From the NCBI GenBank assembly GCA_964487115.1, contig CAZAPD010000046.1:1-41633 (forward strand): a DNA stretch of 41,633 bases, given 5' to 3'. The stretch's first letter is position 1. Every line of letters begins with the position of its first letter. Origin of the DNA: an uncultured Thermococci archaeon. GTDB lineage: Archaea; Methanobacteriota_B; Thermococci; Thermococcales; Thermococcaceae. Below, piece by piece: positions 9,923-21,403 of this stretch. Below the pieces are notes generated by a model. That model saw only the letters and a list, made by a program, of their open reading frames with translations, made no database searches and was not told the origin of the DNA. Both the position numbers and the translations under genes were made by a program.

Positions 9923-10912
9923 ATGAAAAAACTTTCTCTGGTACTGATGCTTATCATATTGCCTTCGGTTAGTGCCTACAGCTTTACTTTCTCTATGGAT
10001 AATTATAACCTCATTGAAAGATCCACATTCGCATGGGCTGATCTTGGTAATACTACACTTGGATGGCAGGGGTACAGGCTGAGCACGAGTGATTATCTTT
10101 ACTGGGCTGGAATTCTTGTTTCTGCTACGGGGAAATGCACCCTCAGCAATGATGTGGAGTTCGTTGATGGTAGCGGAAGAAAGTTTTATGTGAGTTATGG
10201 TATTGGCCCTGAAGCAAATGGAACACTATATCTTCAGATATTTGAGCCTGATTTATATTTTCGCCATTACAATCTCAGCAGGGGTCCATACACCTTCAAT
10301 ATCAGCTTGAAAGCTGAAAATTGTGAAGTTGTCGTGAGGAAGTTTGTGTTTGTGACGTCAAAGATTAATCCTAAAAGTCTACCGCTGATGCTCGCTCCTC
10401 CTTCCACGTGTTCAGGAAAAGAGCTAACAGCTGGAGAACTTGAATTTGCGAACAAAACTTACTGGAAGGAGTTTGAGCTTAACTTTACTTATCTCTATAC
10501 TGGAGGGTATGAGGATATTATAAATGGGTGGAAAAGTGAGCCCTGTCCAATACTGAGTATTAACAACGGGAGTGCGTGTTTGGCAGAGAAATACTGTGAG
10601 TGTTATGGAGAAAAGACCATACTCTCTCCCGGTCTTTACAGAATAAATCTGAAGTTTCGGAGAGGAAATCTGTCCGTCAAAATTCTCAGGAATGGCATTG
10701 TGTTTGAAAAGTCCGTGCATGTTATACATCCCCTCTATTTGGCATCTATTGGGGATCCCCGTTTTGGAATGGTTACAGGCAATGTGAGCTTCTACGGGGT
10801 TGAGGGTTCACCATCGGAAACCTTCTATACTCCTGAGGACAGATATGGATACTTCATCTTCGCAGTGGCAATTGTGGCTGCTCTAATACTTGCGATACTA
10901 TGGAAGAGATAA
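9923..10912 (+). CDS. Secreted, C-terminally membrane-anchored hypothetical protein
   Basis: Signal peptide MKKLSLVLMLIILPSVSA, many NxS/T sequons, several Cys, C-terminal TM followed by KR; GGTGAG RBS. Confidence 0.8.
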   Translation: MKKLSLVLMLIILPSVSAYSFTFSMDNYNLIERSTFAWADLGNTTLGWQGYRLSTSDYLYWAGILVSATGKCTLSNDVEFVDGSGRKFYVSYGIGPEANGTLYLQIFEPDLYFRHYNLSRGPYTFNISLKAENCEVVVRKFVFVTSKINPKSLPLMLAPPSTCSGKELTAGELEFANKTYWKEFELNFTYLYTGGYEDIINGWKSEPCPILSINNGSACLAEKYCECYGEKTILSPGLYRINLKFRRGNLSVKILRNGIVFEKSVHVIHPLYLASIGDPRFGMVTGNVSFYGVEGSPSETFYTPEDRYGYFIFAVAIVAALILAILWKR

Positions 10913-11804
10913 AGCGGTTGATTTTGTTTTTAATATTTCCCTGAGTTTGATATCTCCTGTTGATGTCTTTGAATGCTCAAAGGTTATTAAGGGAAGCTTT
11001 ACAAACTTTTTCCATGGTAAACCGAACAGAGGGAATTGAATTTATTTTCTCCTCAGATGAGACATGTAACGCTTCCAGCCATCTACAGAGTTCATCAGGA
11101 AGACATTGTTTATAAAAGAAGGCAGGAGAATCAAGTGTTTCAGAAAAAGGACTTTCATTATTGTTCCGTTACAATCTTATGGGATAATCTCCGGTTCTCA
11201 TATCAAAGTTCAGAGGGGCACTCTGTTGAAATTCAGTGGAAAGGCAGGACTGTAAAAACCCAATTTTTGCAACTTGATTTTAATATCTCGGAAAGACTTC
11301 TGGGAATTGAGGCCGGCCTTTATTATTATGGTAAGGTGATAAATACAACGTTAAGCTGGAAGGACATAAAGAAAAACCTCACACTTTCAGTAGTGAAGGG
11401 TAATACATGGGTTTTCGATGAAAATGCGAGTGGGAATGTTAGACTAATGAGTATATGGTCTTTGTGGAGTAAAAAAATAGTGGAAAATTCCTAACCTTTG
11501 ATTCATTATAGCGGGGAAAAGAAGTGTGCCCTTTCTTTTGGAAAATTCACGTGTTACCCCCTTTTCTGGATAGAAATGGAATACGGTATCTGGATATAGA
11601 TCTCTGGAGTGGGGTTCTGGTATTTGGGTGATAATCAGGTAATTCCTCCCTGCTAAGCCTTGATGCTAATCCTAGAAGAAATTCGGACTACCATGTTATC
11701 CATTGGATGATGGAGGAATTAAAATCGCTATTGGAATTTCAATTTTAGCCTTTGTTCTCAGTGTAACTACCCCCATAATCGCTATCTATACCTTCGGGAA
11801 ATGA
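10900..11804 (+). pseudogene. Disrupted secreted/membrane-anchored protein gene
   Basis: MEEIKRLILFLIF/LSLISPV signal-like start broken by a frameshift; coding-like middle (ORF 11036-11494); C-terminal TM GIKIAIGISILAFVLSVTTPIIAIYTFGK* ending at 11804 in another fragment. Confidence 0.6.
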
Positions 11805-11833
11805 CTTTTAAACCTGACCTCTAATTTCAAATC

Positions 11834-12757
11834 ATGCTTGAAGTAATCTTTCTTGGCACAGGAGGTATCATGCCAACAAAGGATAGGAACGTTCCGGCAA
11901 TAGTGCTCCGCTATAAAGGAGAAATGATACTTTTCGATGTTGGAGAGGGGACGATGAGACAGCTAAATATAGCTAAACTGAGCCCTATGAAGATTGAAAA
12001 GATTTTTATAAGCCACTTCCATGGAGACCATTATCTCGGGTTGATGGCACTAATTCAGACGATGACCCTGTGGAAAAGAGAAAAACCACTTCATATTTAT
12101 GGCCCAAAGTACACATTTGAGTTTGTTCAGAACTTCCTGAAGAGCGGATTTTTCAGGCCTGATTTCCCGATTCATGTACATGAGCTTGGAGAAGCGAGAT
12201 TAAAATTTGGGGAGTATGAAATTTGGTCATTCAAAGTGAAGCATGGAGTTCCAGCTCTGGGTTATGTTTTCAAGGAAAAGGATAGGAGAGGCAAATTCCT
12301 TCCAGAAAAGCTCGTTGAATATGGTCTAACCGAGGGGCCTATCCTGGGAAGGTTAGAGAGGGAAGGACAAATTGAGCTGAATGGTCGTGTAATCAGATTG
12401 GAGGATGTGACCGGCCCTATAAGAAAAGGAGCTAAGGTTGTTTATACCGGTGATACTGAACCGTGCAAGCGGGTCCGGCTCTTCGGGGAGAAGGCTGATC
12501 TGCTGATTCATGAAGCTACTTATCTGAGCTCAGGGGACAGGGGGGAAAGCTATCATACCACGGTGGAGGAAGCATGCGAGATAGCTGAAAGGTCAAAGGC
12601 CAAGTTGCTCGCTCTCTTTCATAGGGCTCCAAGATACAGCTTTGATGAGTACTCCTCCCGGGCGGAGGAGCTGTGTAACCATAACTTTATAATTCCACGA
12701 GATTTTGAGGTTGTGAGGCTGAGCGGTGAGGGTTATGAGTTATCTTCGATACGTTAG
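11834..12757 (+). CDS. rnz: Ribonuclease Z
   Basis: FLGTGG, FDVGEGT, SHFHGDH metallo-beta-lactamase motif, GP-rich exosite, YTGDT, HEATY. Confidence 0.95.
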   Translation: MLEVIFLGTGGIMPTKDRNVPAIVLRYKGEMILFDVGEGTMRQLNIAKLSPMKIEKIFISHFHGDHYLGLMALIQTMTLWKREKPLHIYGPKYTFEFVQNFLKSGFFRPDFPIHVHELGEARLKFGEYEIWSFKVKHGVPALGYVFKEKDRRGKFLPEKLVEYGLTEGPILGRLEREGQIELNGRVIRLEDVTGPIRKGAKVVYTGDTEPCKRVRLFGEKADLLIHEATYLSSGDRGESYHTTVEEACEIAERSKAKLLALFHRAPRYSFDEYSSRAEELCNHNFIIPRDFEVVRLSGEGYELSSIR

Positions 12758-13424
12758 GGTTATAGGGACGATGCATGTTTCTCCTGAGAGCAGGGAAAAT
12801 GTCAGGGAGTTGATCATCCATGAAAAACCTCATGGCATTGCTGTGGAGCTCGACAGACCGAGATTTCTTTCAATGAAATCAAAGCAGAAGATGAATCTTG
12901 GAGAGGCAGTAAAGCTTGGGAGAAGAGGTTTTATGGCCTATGTACTTGCCAGAGTCGAGGAGAAGCTCGGGGAAGAGTTCGGCATGATGCCCGGTGGAGA
13001 GATGGTAGAAGCTATCAACCTGGCTGAGCATTTTCACATACCTCTGTTTCTGATAGATGAGGACATAAATGTTATAATGGCAAAGATTCTTAATGCACCT
13101 TTGAGGGAAAAGCTCATGCTTCTGTTTGAGAGTCTGGCAGTTTTTATTCCTTTACATGCTGGGGATGAAGGAGAAGTCGATGTTATGGATGAATACAGAA
13201 CGATGATGACGCAGTTCAGAAGAAGGTATCCTTACCTCTATCGTGTTCTTGTGGAGGAAAGGAACGAGATTATGGCAAGGAATTTAATCTCCGTGGTGGA
13301 TTCTTTTAGAATGCATGGTGTCAAGAAACCTCGGATTGTTGCGGTTGTTGGATTAGGACATAAGGCAGGTATTGAGAAGATTCTCAACTCAAAAAAAGAA
13401 AAACCTTTTATATCTTCATTGTAA
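12735..13424 (+). CDS. TraB/PrgY/GumN-domain protein
   Basis: IGTMHVS, VELD, PGGEM, ERNEIMA, VVGLGH motifs. Confidence 0.85.
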   Translation: MSYLRYVRVIGTMHVSPESRENVRELIIHEKPHGIAVELDRPRFLSMKSKQKMNLGEAVKLGRRGFMAYVLARVEEKLGEEFGMMPGGEMVEAINLAEHFHIPLFLIDEDINVIMAKILNAPLREKLMLLFESLAVFIPLHAGDEGEVDVMDEYRTMMTQFRRRYPYLYRVLVEERNEIMARNLISVVDSFRMHGVKKPRIVAVVGLGHKAGIEKILNSKKEKPFISSL

Positions 13425-13442
13425 TAAACTTACGGTGGTTCC

Positions 13443-13619
13443 ATGGAGCGCATGCATCTTAAGTGCCCCCTATGTGGGGGAACGGATTTTAAGGTTGAAG
13501 AGGGGAAGCTTGACAGCAAATGGGGTTTTACTGCCCATAAGGTCAAAATAGTCATTTGCAGGAACTGTGGTTATGTCATGATGTTCTACAAAGGTAGAAC
13601 CATATGGGACTTCGACTGA
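13443..13619 (+). CDS. Small Zn-ribbon protein, 58 aa (absent from ORF track)
   Basis: MERMHLKCPLCGGTDF...IVICRNCGYVMMFYKGRTIWDFD*; GGTGGT RBS and upstream TTTATAT box. Confidence 0.88.
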   Translation: MERMHLKCPLCGGTDFKVEEGKLDSKWGFTAHKVKIVICRNCGYVMMFYKGRTIWDFD

Positions 13620-13667
13620 TTTCGTTACATTTATATTTCTTTTTCCGAACTTGTATTGGGGATAGTC

Positions 13668-13853
13668 ATGGATATAAAAGAACACCTTGAGAAAATGCTT
13701 CGAGTGGAAATTATGGAAATTGAATATGAGGGTGATAAAATAATTGTTTATGTTCCCAAGGACCAAGTGAAAATAGCAGTGGGCAGTGGGGGAACAGCTG
13801 TCAAAGCGGCAGAGCTGGTTCTTGGCAGGAAGATTGAGGTGAAGAGTAGATGA
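13668..13853 (+). CDS. Small KH-domain (NusA-like) RNA-binding protein
   Basis: IAVGSGG..VKAAELVLGRKIEV KH motif. Confidence 0.8.
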   Translation: MDIKEHLEKMLRVEIMEIEYEGDKIIVYVPKDQVKIAVGSGGTAVKAAELVLGRKIEVKSR

Positions 13854-14455
13854 GTTTTCCCGGAATTAGAACAAAAGATTCAAGACAACAGGAAATAGAG
13901 GATCTTCTCATCTCTTTTATAGTTCTGGTGTTTGTTTTTTCGAATTTTGAAGCTAATGTTATCCTTTATGTAATACCCGCCGTTGTTACTGCATTTATCT
14001 TTCATGAGCTCGCTCATAGACAGATGGCACGGAAGTATGGATATTTAGCCTTTTACAAACGGTGGGATACGGGTATCGTACTTGCACTTGGAGTTGGTAT
14101 TTTAACAAAACTCTCTACAGGCCATTCATGGGTATTTGCTGCCCTCGGAGCAGTCTATATATATGCTCCCTATCAATATTGGGAGGATAAGGAGGCATAT
14201 GGTAAAATCAGTTTGGCCGGTCCTCTAACCAATATAGTCGTAGGAATAGTTTCAGGAATTATTGCAAAATATTATCTAACTCCATACACAGTGTTATGGG
14301 CGATATTGAGGTACACTGCATCTGTAAACCTCTGGCTGGCATTTTTTAATCTCCTACCAGTGCCACCCTTAGATGGATATAAGGTTTTAAGATGGAACTC
14401 AGGATACTGGGCGGTTGCGATAGGTGTGGCTTATCTCTTCAGGAGCATACTTTAA
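13850..14455 (+). CDS. Site-2 protease (M50) membrane metalloprotease
   Basis: HELAH, AGP, FNLLPVPPLDG, TM helices; ATGA overlap with the KH gene. Confidence 0.92.
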   Translation: MSFPGIRTKDSRQQEIEDLLISFIVLVFVFSNFEANVILYVIPAVVTAFIFHELAHRQMARKYGYLAFYKRWDTGIVLALGVGILTKLSTGHSWVFAALGAVYIYAPYQYWEDKEAYGKISLAGPLTNIVVGIVSGIIAKYYLTPYTVLWAILRYTASVNLWLAFFNLLPVPPLDGYKVLRWNSGYWAVAIGVAYLFRSIL

Positions 14456-14469
14456 CACCTACGGTGATA
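14453..14469. promoter_or_regulatory. TGM-like (TrmBL1/Tgr) site upstream of pgi
   Basis: TAACAC-ctacg-GTGATA, one mismatch to TATCAC-N5-GTGATA. Confidence 0.65.
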
Positions 14470-14522
14470 TAAAACGGGAAAAAGTTAAATATGCATTGAA
14501 AGACTTTTATTCGGTGATGGAA

Positions 14523-15092
14523 ATGGAATACAAGGAACCTATTGGAGTTACCATCGATCTTAAAACAGGTGTAATTCCCGGTGCGAAAAAGCTTGTAAGG
14601 CGTTTAAGCGACTTAAAAGGATATTTCATTAATGAAGAAGCATACAATGAACTCCTTGGAAAGGATCCCGTGGTGTATGAGGTCTATGCAGTGGAACAAG
14701 AAGAAAAAGATGGTGATTTAAACTTTGCCACTACAGTTCTTTATCCCGGTAAGGTTGGGGAGGAGTTCTTCTTTACCAAAGGTCACTACCACTCGAAAGC
14801 TGACAGAGCTGAGATATATTATGCCATAAACGGAGTTGGCGGAATGCTCCTCCAGACTCCTGAAGGCAGGGCGAAATGGGTTCCGATGGGGCCCGGCACT
14901 GTTGTTTATGTACCACCGTACTGGGCTCATAGAACTGTAAATACTGGAGATGAGCCATTCATATTTTTGGCGATATACCCTGCCGATGCTGGCCACGATT
15001 ATGGAAGCATAAAAGAAAAGGGCTTCTCAAAGCTTGTCATTGAGGATGATGGGAAAGTTAAAGTCGTGGATAATCCACGGTGGAAGACATAA
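14523..15092 (+). CDS. pgiA: Cupin-type glucose-6-phosphate isomerase
   Basis: TKGHYH...RAEIY...VPPYWAHRTVN...AGHDYG; 189 aa from the ATG after GGTGAT. Confidence 0.96.
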   Translation: MEYKEPIGVTIDLKTGVIPGAKKLVRRLSDLKGYFINEEAYNELLGKDPVVYEVYAVEQEEKDGDLNFATTVLYPGKVGEEFFFTKGHYHSKADRAEIYYAINGVGGMLLQTPEGRAKWVPMGPGTVVYVPPYWAHRTVNTGDEPFIFLAIYPADAGHDYGSIKEKGFSKLVIEDDGKVKVVDNPRWKT

Positions 15093-15192
15093 CCTCTTTT
15101 TCTGTTTTATTATGAGTGATTCACAGCATAAGCCCATCTCATAAGCCATTGTGGGAACATATAGGCACACATAGTACCACAACTTTTATTAG

Positions 15193-16587
<1,395 letters not shown>

Positions 16588-16598
16588 CCCGGGCAAAT

Positions 16599-16622
16599 TT
16601 TATATACCTTTAGTTACTAACA
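16599..16622 (+). promoter_or_regulatory. mpgS promoter TATA box overlapped by a Phr-like heat-shock operator
   Basis: TTTA-tat-AC-cttta-GT-t-A-ct-AACA against the recalled Phr consensus TTTAnnnACnnnnnGTnAnnAAAA (12 of 13 positions). Confidence 0.5.
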
Positions 16623-16692
16623 TCCTTCGGGTCTGTATTAATTTTGAGACCTGTCTGCGATTTAATAAGTCTTGGTAGCTGGAGGTGATTCT

Positions 16693-17877
16693 ATGCTCTT
16701 AGAAGCTCCTGTTTACAAAGAGTTATTTGGAGCAATCGAGATTTATGAGGTTCAGAAAGTAATAAAACTGGATACACAGACGAGGGATGTTGGAAGTTTC
16801 ACTGTCAAAAACGTTCCGAGAGAAGATATTTATCGCGTTCTGGAGGACACAGCTATAGTTGTTCCAATGAAAAATGAAAAGCTCCAGCTCGTTGATGGCG
16901 TTCTTAAGGCTATACCACACCAGTGTCCCATAATTGTGGTTTCCAACAGCAAACGTGAGGGTCCTAACCTGTTTAAGCAGGAAGTAGATTTGATAAAACA
17001 TTTTTACAATTTAACACATTCGAAGATAGTTATGGTCCACCAGAAAGATATTGGGATAGCCAAGGCTTTTCAGGAAGTTGGGTATACTGATGTTCTCGAC
17101 AGTGAGGGTAACGTAAGAAGTGGGAAAGGAGAAGGGATGTTAATTGGTATTCTCTTAGCTAAATCTCTGGGAGTTAAATATGTGGGTTTTGTTGATGCTG
17201 ACAACTATATTCCGGGTGCAGTTAACGAATATGTGAAAGACTATGCTGCGGGTTTTTTGATGAGCGAGAGCGACTACTCAATGATAAGACTGAGCTGGAG
17301 GCATAAACCAAAGGTAAGCAAAAGGGGTCTCTATTTCAGAAAATGGGGTAGAGTAAGCGAAATCACGAACAGATATATGAATGCACTTTTTGGTGCCGGT
17401 ACAAACTTTGAAACTAATATAATAGCCACTGGAAATGCTGGAGAGCATGCAATGACAATTAAACTCGCTGAAATACTGCCGTTTTCAACGGGATATTCTA
17501 TAGAACCCTTTGAACTGGTGTATATTTTTGAGCGTTTTGGGCAGTGGGAGGGAGTTGAAGAGTATAGGGATGTTTATGACCACGGTATAGAGATATTTCA
17601 AATTGAAACCTTGAATCCTCATTTCCATGAAGAGAAGGGACAAAAACATGTGGCGAGCATGATTTTGAGTTCTCTGGGAGTTATATATCACTCCAAACTC
17701 GCAACAAAAAGCCTAAAGAAGCGGATCCTCGAAGATTTGAGGCTGCATGGTTTGTTGGGGGAAGGTGAAGAACCGCCACAACCCCGAATAATGCGGCCTG
17801 TACAGGATATAGATGTAAATACGTGGTTAAATATCTTAGAGGACAATGCGGAGACTCTCTTTAAATTCGAAATCTGA
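16693..17877 (+). CDS. mpgS: Mannosyl-3-phosphoglycerate synthase (GT55)
   Basis: [10 protein letters not shown] start, [38 protein letters not shown]. Confidence 0.95.
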   Translation: MLLEAPVYKELFGAIEIYEVQKVIKLDTQTRDVGSFTVKNVPREDIYRVLEDTAIVVPMKNEKLQLVDGVLKAIPHQCPIIVVSNSKREGPNLFKQEVDLIKHFYNLTHSKIVMVHQKDIGIAKAFQEVGYTDVLDSEGNVRSGKGEGMLIGILLAKSLGVKYVGFVDADNYIPGAVNEYVKDYAAGFLMSESDYSMIRLSWRHKPKVSKRGLYFRKWGRVSEITNRYMNALFGAGTNFETNIIATGNAGEHAMTIKLAEILPFSTGYSIEPFELVYIFERFGQWEGVEEYRDVYDHGIEIFQIETLNPHFHEEKGQKHVASMILSSLGVIYHSKLATKSLKKRILEDLRLHGLLGEGEEPPQPRIMRPVQDIDVNTWLNILEDNAETLFKFEI

Positions 17878-17886
17878 GGGAGGGGC

Positions 17887-18627
17887 ATGGGGGAGACTAA
17901 GGTCATCTTTCTTGATATTGACGGAACACTAATTGGAGATGATTACTCTCCAGAACCTGCACGGAATATAATCATGTGGCTGAAGGATAATGGATTTGAG
18001 ATAGTTTTTAACTCTTCAAAAACATGGGCCGAGCAGGAGTATTATAGGAAAGCTCTTAATATCAGAAGTCCTTTCATAGTGGAAAATGGAAGTGCAATTT
18101 ATGTTCCTGAGGATTATTTCCCTTTTGAAATATCCGCACCCAGAAGAAAATCGTACTATGTGTTGGAATTCGGGGAGAGATACCACAAGATAAAGAGCAT
18201 ACTTGAAGGCATATCCGAAGAATTTGGACTGAAATATTACGGAAACTCAACTATCAAAGAAATTATGTCATTTACTGGGCTGCCGAAAAAACTTGCTATG
18301 TTGGCAATGATTAGGGAATATTCAGAGACAGTATTTCAATGGAATAATGAAGGATTCATATCGGTGCTGGAGCTCAACGACCTGAGAGTTTCAAAGGGCA
18401 GTAGATTTTTTAACATACATGGGAGGGTGGATAAAGGAAAAGCGGCGTTAGTGCTAATCTCACTTTACCAAAAAATTGGGAGAGTAAGAACCTATGCCGT
18501 AGGAGATGCTCCCAACGATTTTCCACTTTTGGATGTTGTTGACAATCCCTACCTTGTAGGACATCTGACTCATCCAAGAGCTAAAAATATAAATTCAATC
18601 GAAGAACTAAGGGAGGTGGTGTTATGA
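17887..18627 (+). CDS. mpgP: Mannosyl-3-phosphoglycerate phosphatase (HAD IIB)
   Basis: FLDIDGTL, NSSKT, PFIVENG, REYSE, GDAPND; follows mpgS. Confidence 0.92.
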   Translation: MGETKVIFLDIDGTLIGDDYSPEPARNIIMWLKDNGFEIVFNSSKTWAEQEYYRKALNIRSPFIVENGSAIYVPEDYFPFEISAPRRKSYYVLEFGERYHKIKSILEGISEEFGLKYYGNSTIKEIMSFTGLPKKLAMLAMIREYSETVFQWNNEGFISVLELNDLRVSKGSRFFNIHGRVDKGKAALVLISLYQKIGRVRTYAVGDAPNDFPLLDVVDNPYLVGHLTHPRAKNINSIEELREVVL

Positions 18628-20006
18628 AAACTTTAATTTTGGCTGGAGGGAAGGGTACGAGGTTATGGCCCTTAAGTAGAGAGTTAATGCCAAAACAGTT
18701 TATAAAAATATTTGACAGTGTATCACTCTTTCAAAAAACAGTAAGAAGAGCTTTGCTTTTTTCCAAACCAAAGGAAATTTTTGTCGTCACCAATAAAGAG
18801 TATCGCTTCAGGGTATCTGACGAACTCATGGAGATAGGCATTGAACTACCAGAAGAAAATATTCTTCTTGAGCCTGTTGGAAAAAACACATTGCCTGCGA
18901 TATATTGGGGTCTGAAAACAATTCACGAAAATTTTGGAAAATCAAAGGTTGCTGTTTTGCCATCCGATCATCTGATTGAGGCTAATGAGAGATACATTAA
19001 GGCTTTTAGAACTGCAGAAAAACTCGCTGAAAAGTATTTTATAACCTTCGGGATCAAACCCACAAAAGCCCATACGGGTTATGGTTATATCAAGCCAGGG
19101 GAAAAACTGGAAGGAGGTTATAAAGTCGCCCAATTCAAAGAAAAGCCTGATTCCAGAACTGCAAAGAAATATGTTGAGGAAGGCTACTACTGGAATAGCG
19201 GAATGTTTATGTTTGATACAGAATTGTTCATTCAGGAAACTAAAGCTCTGGCTCCAGATGTGTATGAAGCATTTGAAGAGAGTAGGAGTATAGAAGAGGC
19301 ATATGAGCTGGTTCCAGATATATCAGTTGATTATGGGATAATGGAAAAAACCAATAAAGCTGCTGTTGTGCCTCTCAACGTTTATTGGAATGACTTAGGC
19401 AGTTTTGACGCTATTTATGATGCTTTTGAAAAGGACGAAAATGGTAATGCGATAAAAGTCAGAGGCCTAAAAGCTGATTATATAGGGATAGATTCTGAAA
19501 ACAACCTTGTCATGACTGAAAGATTAACTGCTACCGTTGGTGTGAAGGACATGATCATAATAGATACTGGAGATGCCTTACTGGTTGCCTCACGAGGAGA
19601 AAGCCAGAAGGTCAAAGAAGTCTATAGAAGGCTCAGAGAAAAAGAAGATGAGAGAGTAATTGTGCATAGGACGGCATACAGGCCATGGGGCTCATACACC
19701 ATTCTTGAGGAAGGGGATCGTTATAAGATAAAACGTCTGACGGTTCTGCCGGGTAAAAAACTGTCGCTTCAAATGCATTATCACAGGAGTGAGCATTGGG
19801 TTGTTGTAAGGGGGACGGCAAAGGTTATCCTCGAAGAGAAGGAAGTCCTCCTGAGGCCCGGGGAGAGTACTTTTATCCCGGCAGGTGTCAGGCACAGACT
19901 TGAAAATCCGGGTAAGGTTGTTCTTGAGGTAATAGAAACACAGATAGGGGAGTATCTGGGAGAGGATGATATAGTCAGATTTCAAGATGACTTTGGGAGA
20001 AATTGA
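18624..20006 (+). CDS. manC: Mannose-1-phosphate guanylyltransferase / mannose-6-phosphate isomerase
   Basis: LAGGKGTRLWPLSR..PKQF, EPVGKNT, PSDH, WNSGMF, C-terminal cupin RPWG...HYHRSEHW. Confidence 0.95.
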   Translation: MKTLILAGGKGTRLWPLSRELMPKQFIKIFDSVSLFQKTVRRALLFSKPKEIFVVTNKEYRFRVSDELMEIGIELPEENILLEPVGKNTLPAIYWGLKTIHENFGKSKVAVLPSDHLIEANERYIKAFRTAEKLAEKYFITFGIKPTKAHTGYGYIKPGEKLEGGYKVAQFKEKPDSRTAKKYVEEGYYWNSGMFMFDTELFIQETKALAPDVYEAFEESRSIEEAYELVPDISVDYGIMEKTNKAAVVPLNVYWNDLGSFDAIYDAFEKDENGNAIKVRGLKADYIGIDSENNLVMTERLTATVGVKDMIIIDTGDALLVASRGESQKVKEVYRRLREKEDERVIVHRTAYRPWGSYTILEEGDRYKIKRLTVLPGKKLSLQMHYHRSEHWVVVRGTAKVILEEKEVLLRPGESTFIPAGVRHRLENPGKVVLEVIETQIGEYLGEDDIVRFQDDFGRN

Positions 20007-20032
20007 TTGACAGAACTTATAAGGTGATGGAA

Positions 20033-21403
20033 ATGGGGAAGCTGTTTGGAACGTTTGGAGTCAGGGGAATAGCCAATGAAAAAATAACACCGGAATTTGC
20101 CCTTAAAATGGGTATGGCCTTTGGAACTATGCTGAAGAGAGAAGGCAGGAAAAGACCGCTCGTAGTTGTCGGCAGGGATCCAAGGGTAAGCGGTGAAATG
20201 CTAAAGGAGGCCCTGATAAGCGGACTCCTCAGCATAGGAGTTGATGTTATAAATGTAGGGATAGCACCTACACCTGCAATCCAGTTTGCCTGCAGATACT
20301 TTAGGACAGACGGAGGTGCAGTGATAACAGCTTCGCACAATCCTCCAGAGTACAACGGTATAAAACTCCTTGAACCAAACGGTCTGGGGCTGAAAAAAGA
20401 ACGTGAGGCAGTGGTTGAAGAGCTGTTTTTCAATGAGAATTTCGATCGGGCTAAATGGCATGATATAGGTGAGATCAGGGAGGAGGATATAATCAGACCC
20501 TACCTCGATGCCATCAAGAGCAGGGTCGATATGGAGGCTATAAAGAGAAGGAGGCCCTTTGTGGTTGTTGACACCTCTAATGGTGCAGGTAGCTTAACAC
20601 TTCCATATCTGCTAAGAGAGCTTGGCTGTAAGGTGGTCTCGGTAAACGCCCAACCTGATGGACACTTTCCTGCAAGAAATCCCGAGCCGAACGAGGAGAA
20701 TCTCAGAAGTTTCATGAAAATCGTTAAGGCTCTCGGAGCAGACTTTGGTGTTGCACAGGATGGTGATGCCGACAGGGCGGTTTTCATAGATGAGAATGGA
20801 AACTTCATTCAGGGAGATAAAACATTTGCTCTCGTAGTAAAGGCAATGCTCCAAGAAAATGGTGGTGGTCTGGTCGTTACAACAGTGGCAACATCACACA
20901 TAATTGATGAGCTTGCGAAGCAGTACAATGGAAAGGTCATTAAAACAAAAGTTGGGGACCTGATAGTTTCAAGGGCTCTTCTTGAGCACAATGGCCTTGT
21001 TGGGGGGGAGGAAAACGGTGGTGTAATCTTTCCGGATTTCGTCCTCGGCAGGGATGGTGCGATGACAACAGCAAAAATAGTTGAGATATTCGCGAAGAGC
21101 GGGAAAAAGTTCAGCGAGCTTATCGACGAACTGCCGAGATTTTACCAAGTAAAGACAAAAAGGCATATAAGTGGGGACAGGCATGCCGCTGTTGAGAAGG
21201 TTGCAGAGCTTGCGGAGCAGAGAGGCTTCAGGCTTGACACAACCGATGGAACAAAGATTCTCTTTGATGATGGCTGGGTTCTCGTGAGAGCAAGTGGAAC
21301 CGAACCGATAATAAGGATTTTTGCAGAGGCAAAGGATGAAGAAAAGGCTGAGGAGTATCTTAGCATTGGTCTTGAGCTTCTGAAGGAGTCCCTTAAAGTC
21401 TAA
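20033..21403 (+). CDS. Phosphomannomutase/phosphoglucomutase (alpha-D-phosphohexomutase)
   Basis: LFGTFGVRG, TASHNP, DGDADR, GEENGG, RASGTEP. Confidence 0.93.
   Translation: MGKLFGTFGVRGIANEKITPEFALKMGMAFGTMLKREGRKRPLVVVGRDPRVSGEMLKEALISGLLSIGVDVINVGIAPTPAIQFACRYFRTDGGAVITASHNPPEYNGIKLLEPNGLGLKKEREAVVEELFFNENFDRAKWHDIGEIREEDIIRPYLDAIKSRVDMEAIKRRRPFVVVDTSNGAGSLTLPYLLRELGCKVVSVNAQPDGHFPARNPEPNEENLRSFMKIVKALGADFGVAQDGDADRAVFIDENGNFIQGDKTFALVVKAMLQENGGGLVVTTVATSHIIDELAKQYNGKVIKTKVGDLIVSRALLEHNGLVGGEENGGVIFPDFVLGRDGAMTTAKIVEIFAKSGKKFSELIDELPRFYQVKTKRHISGDRHAAVEKVAELAEQRGFRLDTTDGTKILFDDGWVLVRASGTEPIIRIFAEAKDEEKAEEYLSIGLELLKESLKV

Noticed and set aside
13470..13766. 98-aa - strand ORF
   Set aside because: Antisense to the Zn-ribbon and KH genes, which have RBS and motifs
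14424..14522. N-terminal extension of pgi
   Set aside because: Region holds the promoter and TGM; RBS supports ATG 14523 and gives the expected 189 aa
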